Shown here: in pieces, positions 14,602 to 23,416 of the stretch
How positions within the stretch are numbered: the stretch's first letter is position 1
Layout of the letters: every line of letters starts with the position of its first letter
DNA from: a virus
Taxonomy: Duplodnaviria > Caudoviricetes
Direction: 5' to 3' (one strand)
Length of the DNA stretch: 64,000 bases
IMG/VR virus record: IMGVR_UViG_3300037418_000840
The notes under the pieces: generated by a model
Told to the model about the DNA's origin: nothing
The model's database searches: none
Seen by the model: only the letters and a program-made list of their open reading frames with translations
Position numbers and translations under genes: made by a program

Positions 14602-14738
14602 GACCCGATCGATATTGGGCACGGGACTGTGTGTTACCCTACTTGGCCGTCGCAATGCTGCCCGTGGCGCGACGAGAAGTGCCGGTTCTTTAAATGATCG
14701 GAAGTTAGAATGTTCTAGTATCCGCCTCGCCTCGTCGA

Positions 14739-14777
14739 GCGCGGCGGCGTCGCCCTTCGGGTTCGTCGCCGCCGCGC
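14739..14777. repeat. GC-rich perfect 11-bp inverted repeat with inner TTCG loop
   Basis: GCGCGGCGGCG / CGCCGCCGCGC. Confidence 0.85.
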
Positions 14778-14980
14778 CACAGCCGCTAGTCTCGCGTAGT
14801 GCGTCGTCGACGCGCTCAGTCACAACGACAGCGGCATCCAGGCATTTCGGCAGCGGCCGACCCGGCGGACCTAGCGTCTAGCCTCCTGCGCGGACCCCGC
14901 CGTCGCAGGGGAGTGGACGTTATCTAGTTGCATCAATCATTAGGTGTATAGACGTATAGACAACCAAGACGGGTACCATC

Positions 14981-15814
14981 ATGGCACGACTCCCACGGCT
15001 CTACATTCCTGGTCAGGCACAGTACGTCATCCTGCAAACGATAGACGAACGTCCCGCATTCGTGAACGATTCCGACTACGAATTCTTCCTCGAATGTGTT
15101 CGAGACGCTGTGCCGGTGGCAGACATAGCAATTCATGCGTATGCTCTTCTGCCAAACGCCGTTCATATGATGGTCACACCTTCGACTGAGACGTGTCTGC
15201 CGCTATTCATGCAGACTGTAGGTCGTCGTTACGTGGCGCGTTTCAATCGCGAACACGGTCGGAGAGGCACCATCTGGGCAGGTCGTTATCGTGCGACGGC
15301 CATCGAGGGATCTTCGTGGGGTATCTTCGCCTATCAGTACATCGACAAGCTAGTGCCTCGTTCCGAGGCCACAGCCTTGAAGTCGACCCTTGGTCTTCAC
15401 ATAGGGATCGAAGGATCAACGTTCGTAGTTCATCGTCCAGAATATTGGGCGCTTGGAAATACGCCGTTCGATCGTCAACACGTATATCGCCTTATGTGCG
15501 ATCAGGAACTCGATCCGACTCGCATCGAACTGCTGATCGATGCGGCTACACGCGGCTGGGCTCTTGGTAGTCCTGAGTATCTAGCCTGGGCCGCCACGGT
15601 CGCCAATCGTCGAATCGGCAAGATGAAGCGCGGTCGCCCACGCAAAGATGGAACTCCGCGACAAGTTGACGTTCGTACAGTAGCGAAATCCAACGCTCCG
15701 GCTGTGTCAACGGTTAATCCGTCAACAACAGAGCAAGCACCCCGCGTTTTGAGCGTTCCAACTGTGTGGCCCACTTTCCCTTCTCTCCATGGACAATCAA
15801 ATGACGATCAGTAA
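14981..15814 (+). CDS. RAYT/Y1 transposase homolog with degenerate HUH motif
   Basis: MARLPRL, IHAYALLPNAVHMM (NHxH changed to NAxH), GTIWAGRYRA, YWALGNTPF, KRGRPRK. Confidence 0.8.
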   Translation: MARLPRLYIPGQAQYVILQTIDERPAFVNDSDYEFFLECVRDAVPVADIAIHAYALLPNAVHMMVTPSTETCLPLFMQTVGRRYVARFNREHGRRGTIWAGRYRATAIEGSSWGIFAYQYIDKLVPRSEATALKSTLGLHIGIEGSTFVVHRPEYWALGNTPFDRQHVYRLMCDQELDPTRIELLIDAATRGWALGSPEYLAWAATVANRRIGKMKRGRPRKDGTPRQVDVRTVAKSNAPAVSTVNPSTTEQAPRVLSVPTVWPTFPSLHGQSNDDQ

Positions 15815-16142
15815 AGACGAAGCCGAATTCGAACTTGAGGTTCAGAATCGTGGACTCAACGCACCGCGACTGACCCCCGAAGCGATCGACGCCATGATCG
15901 TAGGCGAGAAGTATTTCGTCGACGAAACGTTCGTCATCTGCGTTCTTACGTTGCAAAACGGTCACAAGGTTGTGGGGACCAGCCGTCCGGTTTCCGACGC
16001 CAACTTCCGAGAAGATCTCGGTCGTGCCAATGCCCGCAAGAAGGCACGAGAAGATATCTGGGAACTCGCCGGCTACGGATTGCGATTGCAGTTGCAGCAC
16101 GCCAAAGAAGTGGACGCGTTGATCGCACGTGGTCCGCGTTGA
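15789..16142 (+). CDS. Phage gp49/Sf6 gp66-family protein
   Basis: APRLTPEAID...ICVLTLQNGHKVVGTS...NFREDLGRANAR...IWELAGY. Confidence 0.8.
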   Translation: MDNQMTISKDEAEFELEVQNRGLNAPRLTPEAIDAMIVGEKYFVDETFVICVLTLQNGHKVVGTSRPVSDANFREDLGRANARKKAREDIWELAGYGLRLQLQHAKEVDALIARGPR

Positions 16143-16152
16143 TCGCACGTGG
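16115..16152 (+). repeat. 18-bp direct repeat with 20-nt period
   Basis: CGCGTTGATCGCACGTGG twice. Confidence 0.9.
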
Positions 16153-16182
16153 CCCTGGCGGCTAACGACCCCTGTTCAAGTA

Positions 16183-16190
16183 GTAAATAG
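16183..16190 (+). promoter_or_regulatory. GTAAATA motif
   Basis: Intergenic GTAAATAG. Confidence 0.55.
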
Positions 16191-16192
16191 TG

Positions 16193-16228
16193 AGCGCCAC
16201 GCCCGTTTGGGTCTGGCGCTTTCTTTTT
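16193..16228 (+). terminator. Rho-independent terminator-like hairpin
   Basis: AGCGCCA/TGGCGCT followed by TTCTTTTT. Confidence 0.65.
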
Positions 16229-16250
16229 GACTTTCCTTGAGAGGTCGTAC

Positions 16251-17360
16251 ATGGGTTGGACTGATAAGGTGTACAAGACACGTGACGAAGAGTTCGTCGA
16301 CGAACTCTCCCTTCTGTACGAAATCATCGCAAAGACGGAGGATCCCGCTGCGAAGTCGATCCTTCATCGAATCAGCAGCCGCATCACTCGATTGAAGATG
16401 CGCTACGCACGAACGACACCGGGCCGTCGTGCTGATCCGCGTGACGATCTTACAATGCCCGAAGGATTTCTTCCCAATGAAGATGGAACATTCCGTGGTG
16501 TTCCTCCGTGGGCGATGCGTGAAGCAAACATGCTGTGCGCATCATTGACCGGCAATCGTTCCTATGACGTGCCTCTTGTTGGCGAAACATTGGCCGACGT
16601 GTTTGACGCACGCATGAACGAAATCCTCAACAGCGTGCGCGAATCGTTGACCGGCGTCTTCGTCGAGCAACGCAAAGAACGAATGGTGACCCACGAGCAG
16701 CTGAACACGCCGCTCGACGCAGCGGCTCGTCTTCAATCAGGTGAGTTCAACACCAAGAAATTTGTCGACGAATTCAAGGCTGCGGCACGCCCTACGAAGG
16801 GTCTTAACTTCCCATGTCCGATCTGCAACGGCGTCGAAGGTTGTGATCACTCGGTGCCAGAACGTCTACGTGCCGTAGTCCAACTCGAAGTATCTGCCGA
16901 AGTGGCTGACAAGATCAAAGACGGACGGCTTCCTGAGGTCAGCATCGGTGCCGTAGTCAGTAATGAGGCCGATCCGCATAAGCAAGATGCGAAACGCCTG
17001 TCATCTGATGACAAAGACCTGCTAGGTTTCTTCCTGTCGGTCAAAGACGTGAACATGCTTCAAGTTGGAACTGTTCTGAAGACGATTGACCAGGCGAAGA
17101 CTGCGCATCACACGGACATCAAGCTACGGATCGACGGCGCTGACTACTTCCAAGAAGGCGACTGGGTCAAACATCTGAAACCCGTGCGTACTGATCGAGC
17201 GATGGCCGACGAAGCTACACTGGCGTTTCTCAAGCGATCATCCAAATTGCCTGACGATTTGGAGGTCGATTGGACTGCCACTCGTTCGTATCGATTCTCT
17301 GAATGGCGAACGCACGTAGTCAACGCCATTTCGGTCTTTTTGGGAGTAACCAAGCGATGA
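16251..17360 (+). CDS. Hypothetical multidomain protein (CPICNG...CDH motif)
   Basis: GAGG RBS; 369 aa. Confidence 0.7.
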   Translation: MGWTDKVYKTRDEEFVDELSLLYEIIAKTEDPAAKSILHRISSRITRLKMRYARTTPGRRADPRDDLTMPEGFLPNEDGTFRGVPPWAMREANMLCASLTGNRSYDVPLVGETLADVFDARMNEILNSVRESLTGVFVEQRKERMVTHEQLNTPLDAAARLQSGEFNTKKFVDEFKAAARPTKGLNFPCPICNGVEGCDHSVPERLRAVVQLEVSAEVADKIKDGRLPEVSIGAVVSNEADPHKQDAKRLSSDDKDLLGFFLSVKDVNMLQVGTVLKTIDQAKTAHHTDIKLRIDGADYFQEGDWVKHLKPVRTDRAMADEATLAFLKRSSKLPDDLEVDWTATRSYRFSEWRTHVVNAISVFLGVTKR

Positions 17361-17554
17361 CCTTCGAAACCACAAAGGCTGATGAAGCCCTTCGCGAAGC
17401 CAAGCAGCATATCGATACGGCGATCAAGCTCATGTCTGGTATCGTCGTCGATCAAGTACCGGGGACCAGCAACTGGACTTCGGTGTACCGCAGTCGTATC
17501 CGGAACGGCATGAACAAGCTGATTGACGTCCGGGAAGAGCTCAACAACCCCTGA
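17357..17554 (+). CDS. Hypothetical protein
   Basis: ATGA overlap. Confidence 0.65.
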   Translation: MTFETTKADEALREAKQHIDTAIKLMSGIVVDQVPGTSNWTSVYRSRIRNGMNKLIDVREELNNP

Positions 17555-17565
17555 GGAACTGACAA

Positions 17566-17871
17566 ATGGCATTTACCGCAAAATTCAAGAAGTTCGTGGC
17601 CCTACTCGCCGTGACGGGTGGCGTATGCTACGGAGTCTACTACATGAAGACTCACAAGAAGCCGATCGACGCCGAAGCGCAGACGGCGACAGCATCCCAA
17701 GCGGACACGGCGGCGCAATCGGTGGTTCCTACACCATCGCCAGTTCCCCAATCGTCAGCCGTGCATGAGGCTGAGCCGGCTCCTACACAATCGACACCGG
17801 TGCAGCAGTCCCAGAGTGATCCGTCGCAAGATCGTGGAATGAAGTTCTTGCTCGACCAGGGAAAGAAGTGA
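17566..17871 (+). CDS. N-terminally membrane-anchored protein with P/Q/S/T-rich tail
   Basis: GAGG RBS; KKFVALLAVTGGVCYGVYY. Confidence 0.75.
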   Translation: MAFTAKFKKFVALLAVTGGVCYGVYYMKTHKKPIDAEAQTATASQADTAAQSVVPTPSPVPQSSAVHEAEPAPTQSTPVQQSQSDPSQDRGMKFLLDQGKK

Positions 17872-18518
17872 TGGCTACCCTGTACCAACACATGACGGCC
17901 CACGCACGAATCATCGACTATGCGGCCCAGCGCAGGCACGAAATCGACAAGCAGATCGAACAGCTCAAGCTGGAACGCGAGATGTTCGACGAGGTAAGTC
18001 GCGTCTATTCGTCGATGGTGTGCCCCACTTGCAATGGGCAAGGCAACATCATGAAGGCGATCGATGGTTGCGAATGCGACGGGCCGCGCCAACACGTCTG
18101 TCCATCGTGTAATGGTTGCCGCACCCGAACGGCTTTCGATGCGCTCAAGTCCAATCCCAGCATGAAGGAATTCCTGAAGGACGTAGTGGGTGTTGTCGAA
18201 GCCACGTCTTACGAGAAATTATGTCTATGGAGTGAATGGACTACGGAAAAGAAGAAGTCCTGGATTCAAGGCTCCAGTGGCTACCTGCCGACTATCGGTA
18301 AGCTAGATGGCCGCCCAATAGTACTGAGTTTACTGATTCACATAGTGGACGGCTATCCAATCCTTTTCATGGAGCCTACCAGTCAAGTGATAGACCACAA
18401 GATGGTCGAAGACTGGTTAAAACTTCATCTGCCAAAGACAGCCTTTCAGTCGAATGGTGAGTACGTCAACAAGGTTGACGCGATGAATTTCCACAACGTT
18501 TTTCCTTCAAGGGGTTGA
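17868..18518 (+). CDS. Hypothetical protein with DnaJ-like CxxCxGxG zinc motifs
   Basis: CPTCNGQG, CPSCNGC. Confidence 0.7.
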   Translation: MMATLYQHMTAHARIIDYAAQRRHEIDKQIEQLKLEREMFDEVSRVYSSMVCPTCNGQGNIMKAIDGCECDGPRQHVCPSCNGCRTRTAFDALKSNPSMKEFLKDVVGVVEATSYEKLCLWSEWTTEKKKSWIQGSSGYLPTIGKLDGRPIVLSLLIHIVDGYPILFMEPTSQVIDHKMVEDWLKLHLPKTAFQSNGEYVNKVDAMNFHNVFPSRG

Positions 18519-18521
18519 ACA

Positions 18522-19436
18522 ATGAATTTCACATTCTGCTGGGGTAAGCGTTTCACACAGGCCGCGTTCATAGCATGGATGGCTCACACGTCAGCGATCG
18601 CGGCACCTGTCGGCATCGCATCGGGCCAGCCTTCTGGTACGAACTATCCGATGGCGGCTGACATTGCGCGCGTGTGCTCGACTCCGCAGTCGCCGATTCA
18701 CAACGTTGTTAGCGACGGTTCGCTCGACAATCTCGCCAAGGTCTACGGCGATAAGAACGTCCAGTACGGTATCGTCCAGACCGATGCCCTGATGTACCAA
18801 CAGGGTGTCGATCCGAAGATGATGGACCGCATTCAAATGGTATTTCCCTTCTTCTCGTCGGAGATCCATTTGATTGTCCGTGCGAATTCGTCCATCCAGT
18901 CCTTGAACGATTTGGCAGGCAAACGCGTGGACGAAGACGTGGAGGGCAGTGGTTCTTGGGTCAGTGTCCAGGTCATCAAGTCATTGACCAGTCTACATTG
19001 GAACGCGGTCAACATGCAGCAGGCTGACGGCCTTCGCGCAGTTGAATCGGGTGCGGTCGACGCTATGTTCGTCAACGCGGGCCGCCCGATCAGCATGTTG
19101 ACCAGCGCGTCAGGTGTCCGCCTCGTATCGATCAGCAATCCGAAGCTCGACGCGTTTGGCCTCTATACGAGATCGGTGATTCCGAGCGGCAGCTATCCGT
19201 TTCAGACACAGTCGATCACCACGTACAAGACGGGTAACGTCCTGGTCACATACGCGTTCAAGAATCAGTATCAGAAGGAGATCGGCGAGCTCGTGTCGTG
19301 TGTGATGCACAAACTACCTGAGCTCCAACAGACGGGGCACCAGAAGTGGAAGAACGTGGACCCGACGGATATCGAACGCATCAAGTGGCAAGTGCATCCG
19401 GCAGCATTGGCAGCCATCAGACGAGGATCCAAATGA
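18522..19436 (+). CDS. TAXI-family TRAP solute-binding protein
   Basis: Signal-peptide-like N-terminus; IASGQPSGTNYPMA, SDGSLDNL, YGIVQTDAL, SEIHLIVRANSSIQSLNDLAGKRV, GSGS. Confidence 0.85.
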   Translation: MNFTFCWGKRFTQAAFIAWMAHTSAIAAPVGIASGQPSGTNYPMAADIARVCSTPQSPIHNVVSDGSLDNLAKVYGDKNVQYGIVQTDALMYQQGVDPKMMDRIQMVFPFFSSEIHLIVRANSSIQSLNDLAGKRVDEDVEGSGSWVSVQVIKSLTSLHWNAVNMQQADGLRAVESGAVDAMFVNAGRPISMLTSASGVRLVSISNPKLDAFGLYTRSVIPSGSYPFQTQSITTYKTGNVLVTYAFKNQYQKEIGELVSCVMHKLPELQQTGHQKWKNVDPTDIERIKWQVHPAALAAIRRGSK

Positions 19437-19663
19437 GACAACGCCTGACGTACACAGCGCATGACCGTCGCGAGTACGATCAGGTGTCTCGTGCAGTGTC
19501 CAAACTTGTGTCCCAGACACTTAGCAAGGAACCGGCCAAGCTCTTGCTCGGCCCCTGCATTGCCCTCGTCAATGTGAAGGTTGTCAACGTAGTCCTTGAC
19601 CACACGATGCTGACCCTCACTCTCGAATTCGTCGAAACCCCTGTCATTCACAATGGGAGCTAA
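19433..19663 (+). CDS. Hypothetical protein
   Basis: ATGA overlap. Confidence 0.55.
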   Translation: MRQRLTYTAHDRREYDQVSRAVSKLVSQTLSKEPAKLLLGPCIALVNVKVVNVVLDHTMLTLTLEFVETPVIHNGS

Positions 19664-19759
19664 CATGGGTCCTGCCATGATTCTGTTCAACATCCTTGCC
19701 GGGATAATTCGCACCATCCTGGCCCCGTTCTTTGGTGTATTTCCTGTCTAGGTGAAGCC

Positions 19760-20077
19760 ATGGAACCTAAGATCGTAGCCGCTAAGGAAAAGGTACGACG
19801 GGCTGAAGCTGAACTACGAAGCATCATACGTGAGACGGTTCTGGCCTGTGCTCACCCGCAGATAGCTGACGATGACGGTAGTCCTCCGATGCGCATCTGC
19901 CTGAACTGTGGCCTTACCGACGAAGGGTGGGGCTGCGGTTTCCAGCGACTGACCAATGATCCGAAGTTCGTCGGCCGTATATCCCATGATGAACTGCTCA
20001 AGCTTCGTACTGTGTCAATCTGGCAGCGGAACTATGGGACACCGCTGACCGAACAGATCGATCGCTTTCCCTTCTAG
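19760..20077 (+). CDS. Hypothetical protein (CAH, CLNCG, GWGC)
   Basis: ORF in the co-oriented run. Confidence 0.65.
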   Translation: MEPKIVAAKEKVRRAEAELRSIIRETVLACAHPQIADDDGSPPMRICLNCGLTDEGWGCGFQRLTNDPKFVGRISHDELLKLRTVSIWQRNYGTPLTEQIDRFPF

Positions 20078-20085
20078 GGTAGCCA

Positions 20086-20093
20086 GTAAATAG
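20086..20093 (+). promoter_or_regulatory. GTAAATA motif
   Basis: In the loop of GTAGCC/GGCTGC hairpin upstream of ppiB. Confidence 0.6.
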
Positions 20094-20150
20094 GCTGCGA
20101 CAGTAATCCGGCGGGATCTAAATTAGGCCGCCATCTTTAACAGGATCATC

Positions 20151-20651
20151 ATGACTAAAGTGAAGCTGGAAACCACGTCTGGTGCCATCGTTCTCGAACT
20201 GAACGACAAGGAATCGCCGAAGACCGTGGAGAACTTTCTCAACTACGTCAAGCGGGGCCATTATGACAACACACTGTTTCATCGTGCCATCCTTGGGTTC
20301 GTCATTCAGGGCGGCGGCTTCGAGCCGGGCATGGTCCAGAAGCAAACCAACTCCGCGATCCACAACGAAGCCAACAACGGGCTCAAGAACAAGAAGTTCA
20401 CTGTGGCGATGGCCCGAACGAATGATCCACATTCGGCCACGGCGCAGTTCTTCATCAATCTGAACGACAACGATTACCTGGACTTCAATGGGGAATGGCC
20501 GAGTGGCTGGGGCTACGCCGTGTTTGGCCGTGTTGTTGAAGGTGAAGACGTGGTGGAAGCGATCGGTCGATGCAAGACTGGCAGCCGTGGGTTTCATCAA
20601 GATGTTCCGGTCGACGACGTCGTAATCACCAAGGCTTCAGTCGTGGCCTAG
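20151..20651 (+). CDS. ppiB: Cyclophilin-type peptidyl-prolyl isomerase
   Basis: [40 protein letters not shown]. Confidence 0.95.
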   Translation: MTKVKLETTSGAIVLELNDKESPKTVENFLNYVKRGHYDNTLFHRAILGFVIQGGGFEPGMVQKQTNSAIHNEANNGLKNKKFTVAMARTNDPHSATAQFFINLNDNDYLDFNGEWPSGWGYAVFGRVVEGEDVVEAIGRCKTGSRGFHQDVPVDDVVITKASVVA

Positions 20652-20677
20652 TCTACAGACCGACTCCGTGTCTACTA

Positions 20678-20685
20678 GTAAATAG
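20678..20685 (+). promoter_or_regulatory. GTAAATA motif
   Basis: In CTACT-AGTAAAT-AGTAG hairpin. Confidence 0.6.
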
Positions 20686-20880
20686 TAGGCACGGTGGTAG
20701 TGTGATTCTAGTCCATTCCTCTACGTCAAGCGCTCTGTCGTATGAAGTCCGCTCGCGTTCACGGCGCGGGGCACCACGGGGCGCGATGCGCACTTCGGTG
20801 CAAGGGTTTGACGTCTGACCTCTCACATTGCGTATCATCTGGAGCATTTCCAAGTTTGGCTCCAGAGTATGGCAGAGTGC

Positions 20881-20909
20881 TTGACGTAGGGGTTGCAAAT
20901 GAATAGACT
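20881..20909 (+). promoter_or_regulatory. Sigma70-like promoter
   Basis: TTGACG-17 nt-TAGACT. Confidence 0.5.
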
Positions 20910-20917
20910 GAATTTAA

Positions 20918-20950
20918 GGGAGCGTAGGCCAGTAGGTCGCGCTCCCTTTT
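20918..20950 (+). terminator. Terminator-like hairpin
   Basis: GGGAGCG/CGCTCCC followed by TTTT. Confidence 0.6.
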
Positions 20951-20995
20951 TCGTATTGTAGACGGAACGCCGTGTTCCATTAACCTAGAGAGGGA

Positions 20996-21736
20996 ATGAT
21001 GTCTGACCTAGTTCTTGCCCCGTTGTCCGTTTATCAAAAGTCGCTTGCTCTCCGCACTATGAGTGCCTGGGCCTTCTATTACATCGTCGGCGATGCATTG
21101 ATCAACCAGAAACCGTTGTCAACAGTTCGTATGGGTGACGGTGAACGGATGCTCATTAACGAGTGCAAGCAACATCAGGCATTTGACGGTGGTCATTCGC
21201 TAATCGAGTTGTTTGATGAAGCGAAGCGGAAGAACATGGGGATCAACGGCATTACCCATAACGAACTGTACCGTCGTCTCCAACGGGCTGGTAACGAATG
21301 CACGTACTTCTGCCCGTCGGTATCTGGTCTGACTCAGAGTGGATACGCGCTACACCAATTCTTTGCCTATCGTGATACCTATGTCGACAACTTCTTCGTC
21401 AACATTTGGGACACTGCGTCAAAGATCGCGCTCTACCGCGCGGCCGGCAAGATCCTGCTCATCCACCGCAATGCAGAAACTGCGGACGCATTACAGATCA
21501 ACTGTCGCCGACATCTAGGCGTCGACGTGTCCTTTATTCAGATGGACGACTGGCGACAATCCGAACGCGTGGTCGAACGCGCGTGCGCGTCGGATGCCCG
21601 ACTCGTTCTCTTTGCAGCAGGACCCGCATCGAAATACATCTCGGCCGACATCGTGAACAACAGTAACAAGGTGGCACTCGATCTCGGGAACACCACCGAT
21701 CAGTGGACGCTAGCTGACTTGAACAGCCCTCGCTAG
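20996..21736 (+). CDS. GT-D-fold (DUF1792-like) glycosyltransferase
   Basis: LSTVRMGDGE motif; LVLFAAGPASK; ALDLGN. Confidence 0.6.
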   Translation: MMSDLVLAPLSVYQKSLALRTMSAWAFYYIVGDALINQKPLSTVRMGDGERMLINECKQHQAFDGGHSLIELFDEAKRKNMGINGITHNELYRRLQRAGNECTYFCPSVSGLTQSGYALHQFFAYRDTYVDNFFVNIWDTASKIALYRAAGKILLIHRNAETADALQINCRRHLGVDVSFIQMDDWRQSERVVERACASDARLVLFAAGPASKYISADIVNNSNKVALDLGNTTDQWTLADLNSPR

Positions 21737-21792
21737 ACCGCGACCTGCGTCTAAATCAATCATGTAGTCTATCTTAGATTCTGGAGCATTGA

Positions 21793-22896
21793 ATGTTTCC
21801 CCTTCCGCGTGTGTTGTTTGTTCTCAAGCATATAGAGGACCCATATGGAGGATACGGCTGTGAGCCAGTTGGTCCTCCTCCAGGCCAGCCGGCCAAAAAG
21901 CCGATGTCGAGCGGTCTCTATAATAGCGCTCGCCTAGTGGCCGACATGCTTAGTCGACGCGACGTAGAGACTAAGGTCGTAACCGTAGCTGACAATTCGG
22001 AGATCCACCGTGAGCTCGTAGCCTTTGGCGCTCACGTTGTGGTCATCGAAGGTTTCTGGGTTGTGCCCGATAAGTTCGATGAACTTCGTGCTGTGTGTCC
22101 CAACGTCACGTTCGTGGTCCGCAATCACTCCGAGACTCCGTTCCTGGCCTCAGATGGTATTGCCTTTGACTGGCTCCTGCGATATGCGTCGAAACCCAAC
22201 GTTGTCGTAGCCTCGAACTCACAGCACATGCACGACGATACGCGGGCTCTCGTCGCCCAAGCGTTTCCTCAGTGGTCTGCGCTAGAACTCAACCAACGCG
22301 TGGCCTTGCTTCCGAATTACTACCCGACGGATGGTGAACACGCTTCGTGGAAGCTCAGCAATGAGTTTCTGGACATTGGGTGCTTCGGTGCCATTCGTCC
22401 TCTCAAGAACCACATGACGCAGGCTGTGGCGGCATTGCGTATGGCCGCCAAGATGGGGAAGAGCCTTCGATTCCATATCAACGCGCGTATCGAATCTGTT
22501 GCCACTGATCCCATCTTGAAGAATCTGGTCCGCCTCTTCTCTCACTATCCGAAGCACGAGCTTGTGTGCCATCCATGGGTAGACCATGCGGCCTTCCGTG
22601 ATCTGCTGAAACAGATGGACGTGGTGACTCAGGTGTCGTTCAGTGAAACGTTCAACATCGTTGCTGCTGACGCGGTGGTCCTTGGCGTGGCGACCATCAC
22701 TTCGAGTGAGGTCACGTGGGCCAGCCGTTGTTTTTATGCTGACCCAACGGATTCACTGAACATCGCAGAGATGATGGAGAAAGCACACTACCTCAAGCGT
22801 AAGGCTGGAGTGTTCAATCCAAGTCTTCGCGGTCTTCGTCATTATAACAAAGATTCGGCCCACAACTGGATAACCTTCTTGCGCCAACACGGGTAA
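21793..22896 (+). CDS. GT-B (GT4-like) glycosyltransferase
   Basis: DIGCFGAIRPLKN; QVSFSETFNIVAADA acceptor/donor loop. Confidence 0.8.
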   Translation: MFPLPRVLFVLKHIEDPYGGYGCEPVGPPPGQPAKKPMSSGLYNSARLVADMLSRRDVETKVVTVADNSEIHRELVAFGAHVVVIEGFWVVPDKFDELRAVCPNVTFVVRNHSETPFLASDGIAFDWLLRYASKPNVVVASNSQHMHDDTRALVAQAFPQWSALELNQRVALLPNYYPTDGEHASWKLSNEFLDIGCFGAIRPLKNHMTQAVAALRMAAKMGKSLRFHINARIESVATDPILKNLVRLFSHYPKHELVCHPWVDHAAFRDLLKQMDVVTQVSFSETFNIVAADAVVLGVATITSSEVTWASRCFYADPTDSLNIAEMMEKAHYLKRKAGVFNPSLRGLRHYNKDSAHNWITFLRQHG

Positions 22897-22902
22897 GCCT
22901 CG

Positions 22903-22945
22903 GGGTCCTCACTGCGTAAATAGACGGGTGAGGACCCTTTCTTTT
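22903..22945 (+). terminator. Terminator hairpin whose loop carries a GTAAATA motif
   Basis: GGGTCCTCAC/GTGAGGACCC stem, loop TGCGTAAATAGACGG (motif at 22916-22923), then TTTCTTTT. Confidence 0.7.
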
Positions 22946-22954
22946 GGAGCACCT

Positions 22955-23416
22955 ATGAATCTCGTTCCTCGTAAGTCACGCGATCTAGTCGTGTCCGATG
23001 CGGCCGACACGCCCGAGCCAAGCCGAGAACTGAGCTTACGACTTGGTTCTAACGACTATCAGGTAGAGATCGTGCGTCGTGGAACTTTCTACGAAGGCTA
23101 CGTGTCCCAACTCCAGCCGGGTGATGCGTTTCAGTTCATGGAAGGACCCGGCAAGGGCCGTTGGTTTGGGGTCATCAATCCGATCAAGATGCTGCCCGGC
23201 CTTCACACTCGTTATGGAGAGGAACCACCGCCGATCTTTCAATTCGATGGATTAGAGATCATGCAGGCAGCACCTACGATCGAACGTCGTGCGCAAGCAC
23301 CAGCACTTCCGGCACCGGATGTTGACGACACGAAGCGATTGCCGACCACAAAGCGTCCAGCATTGCCTGCCCCAGGAGACATAGATGACGTGGACTTTAC
23401 AGAAGAAGATCTATAG
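22955..23416 (+). CDS. Hypothetical protein with Pro-rich C-terminus
   Basis: GGAG RBS. Confidence 0.7.
   Translation: MNLVPRKSRDLVVSDAADTPEPSRELSLRLGSNDYQVEIVRRGTFYEGYVSQLQPGDAFQFMEGPGKGRWFGVINPIKMLPGLHTRYGEEPPPIFQFDGLEIMQAAPTIERRAQAPALPAPDVDDTKRLPTTKRPALPAPGDIDDVDFTEEDL

Noticed and set aside
14981-15814. Active IS200/IS605 or RAYT mobile element
   Set aside because: HUH histidine missing, no tnpB, no paired REP or terminal hairpin arrays
20653-20980. Minus-strand ORFs 20653-20898 and 20759-20980
   Set aside because: No motif or RBS, and they run against the uniform gene orientation; the region looks like structured RNA instead
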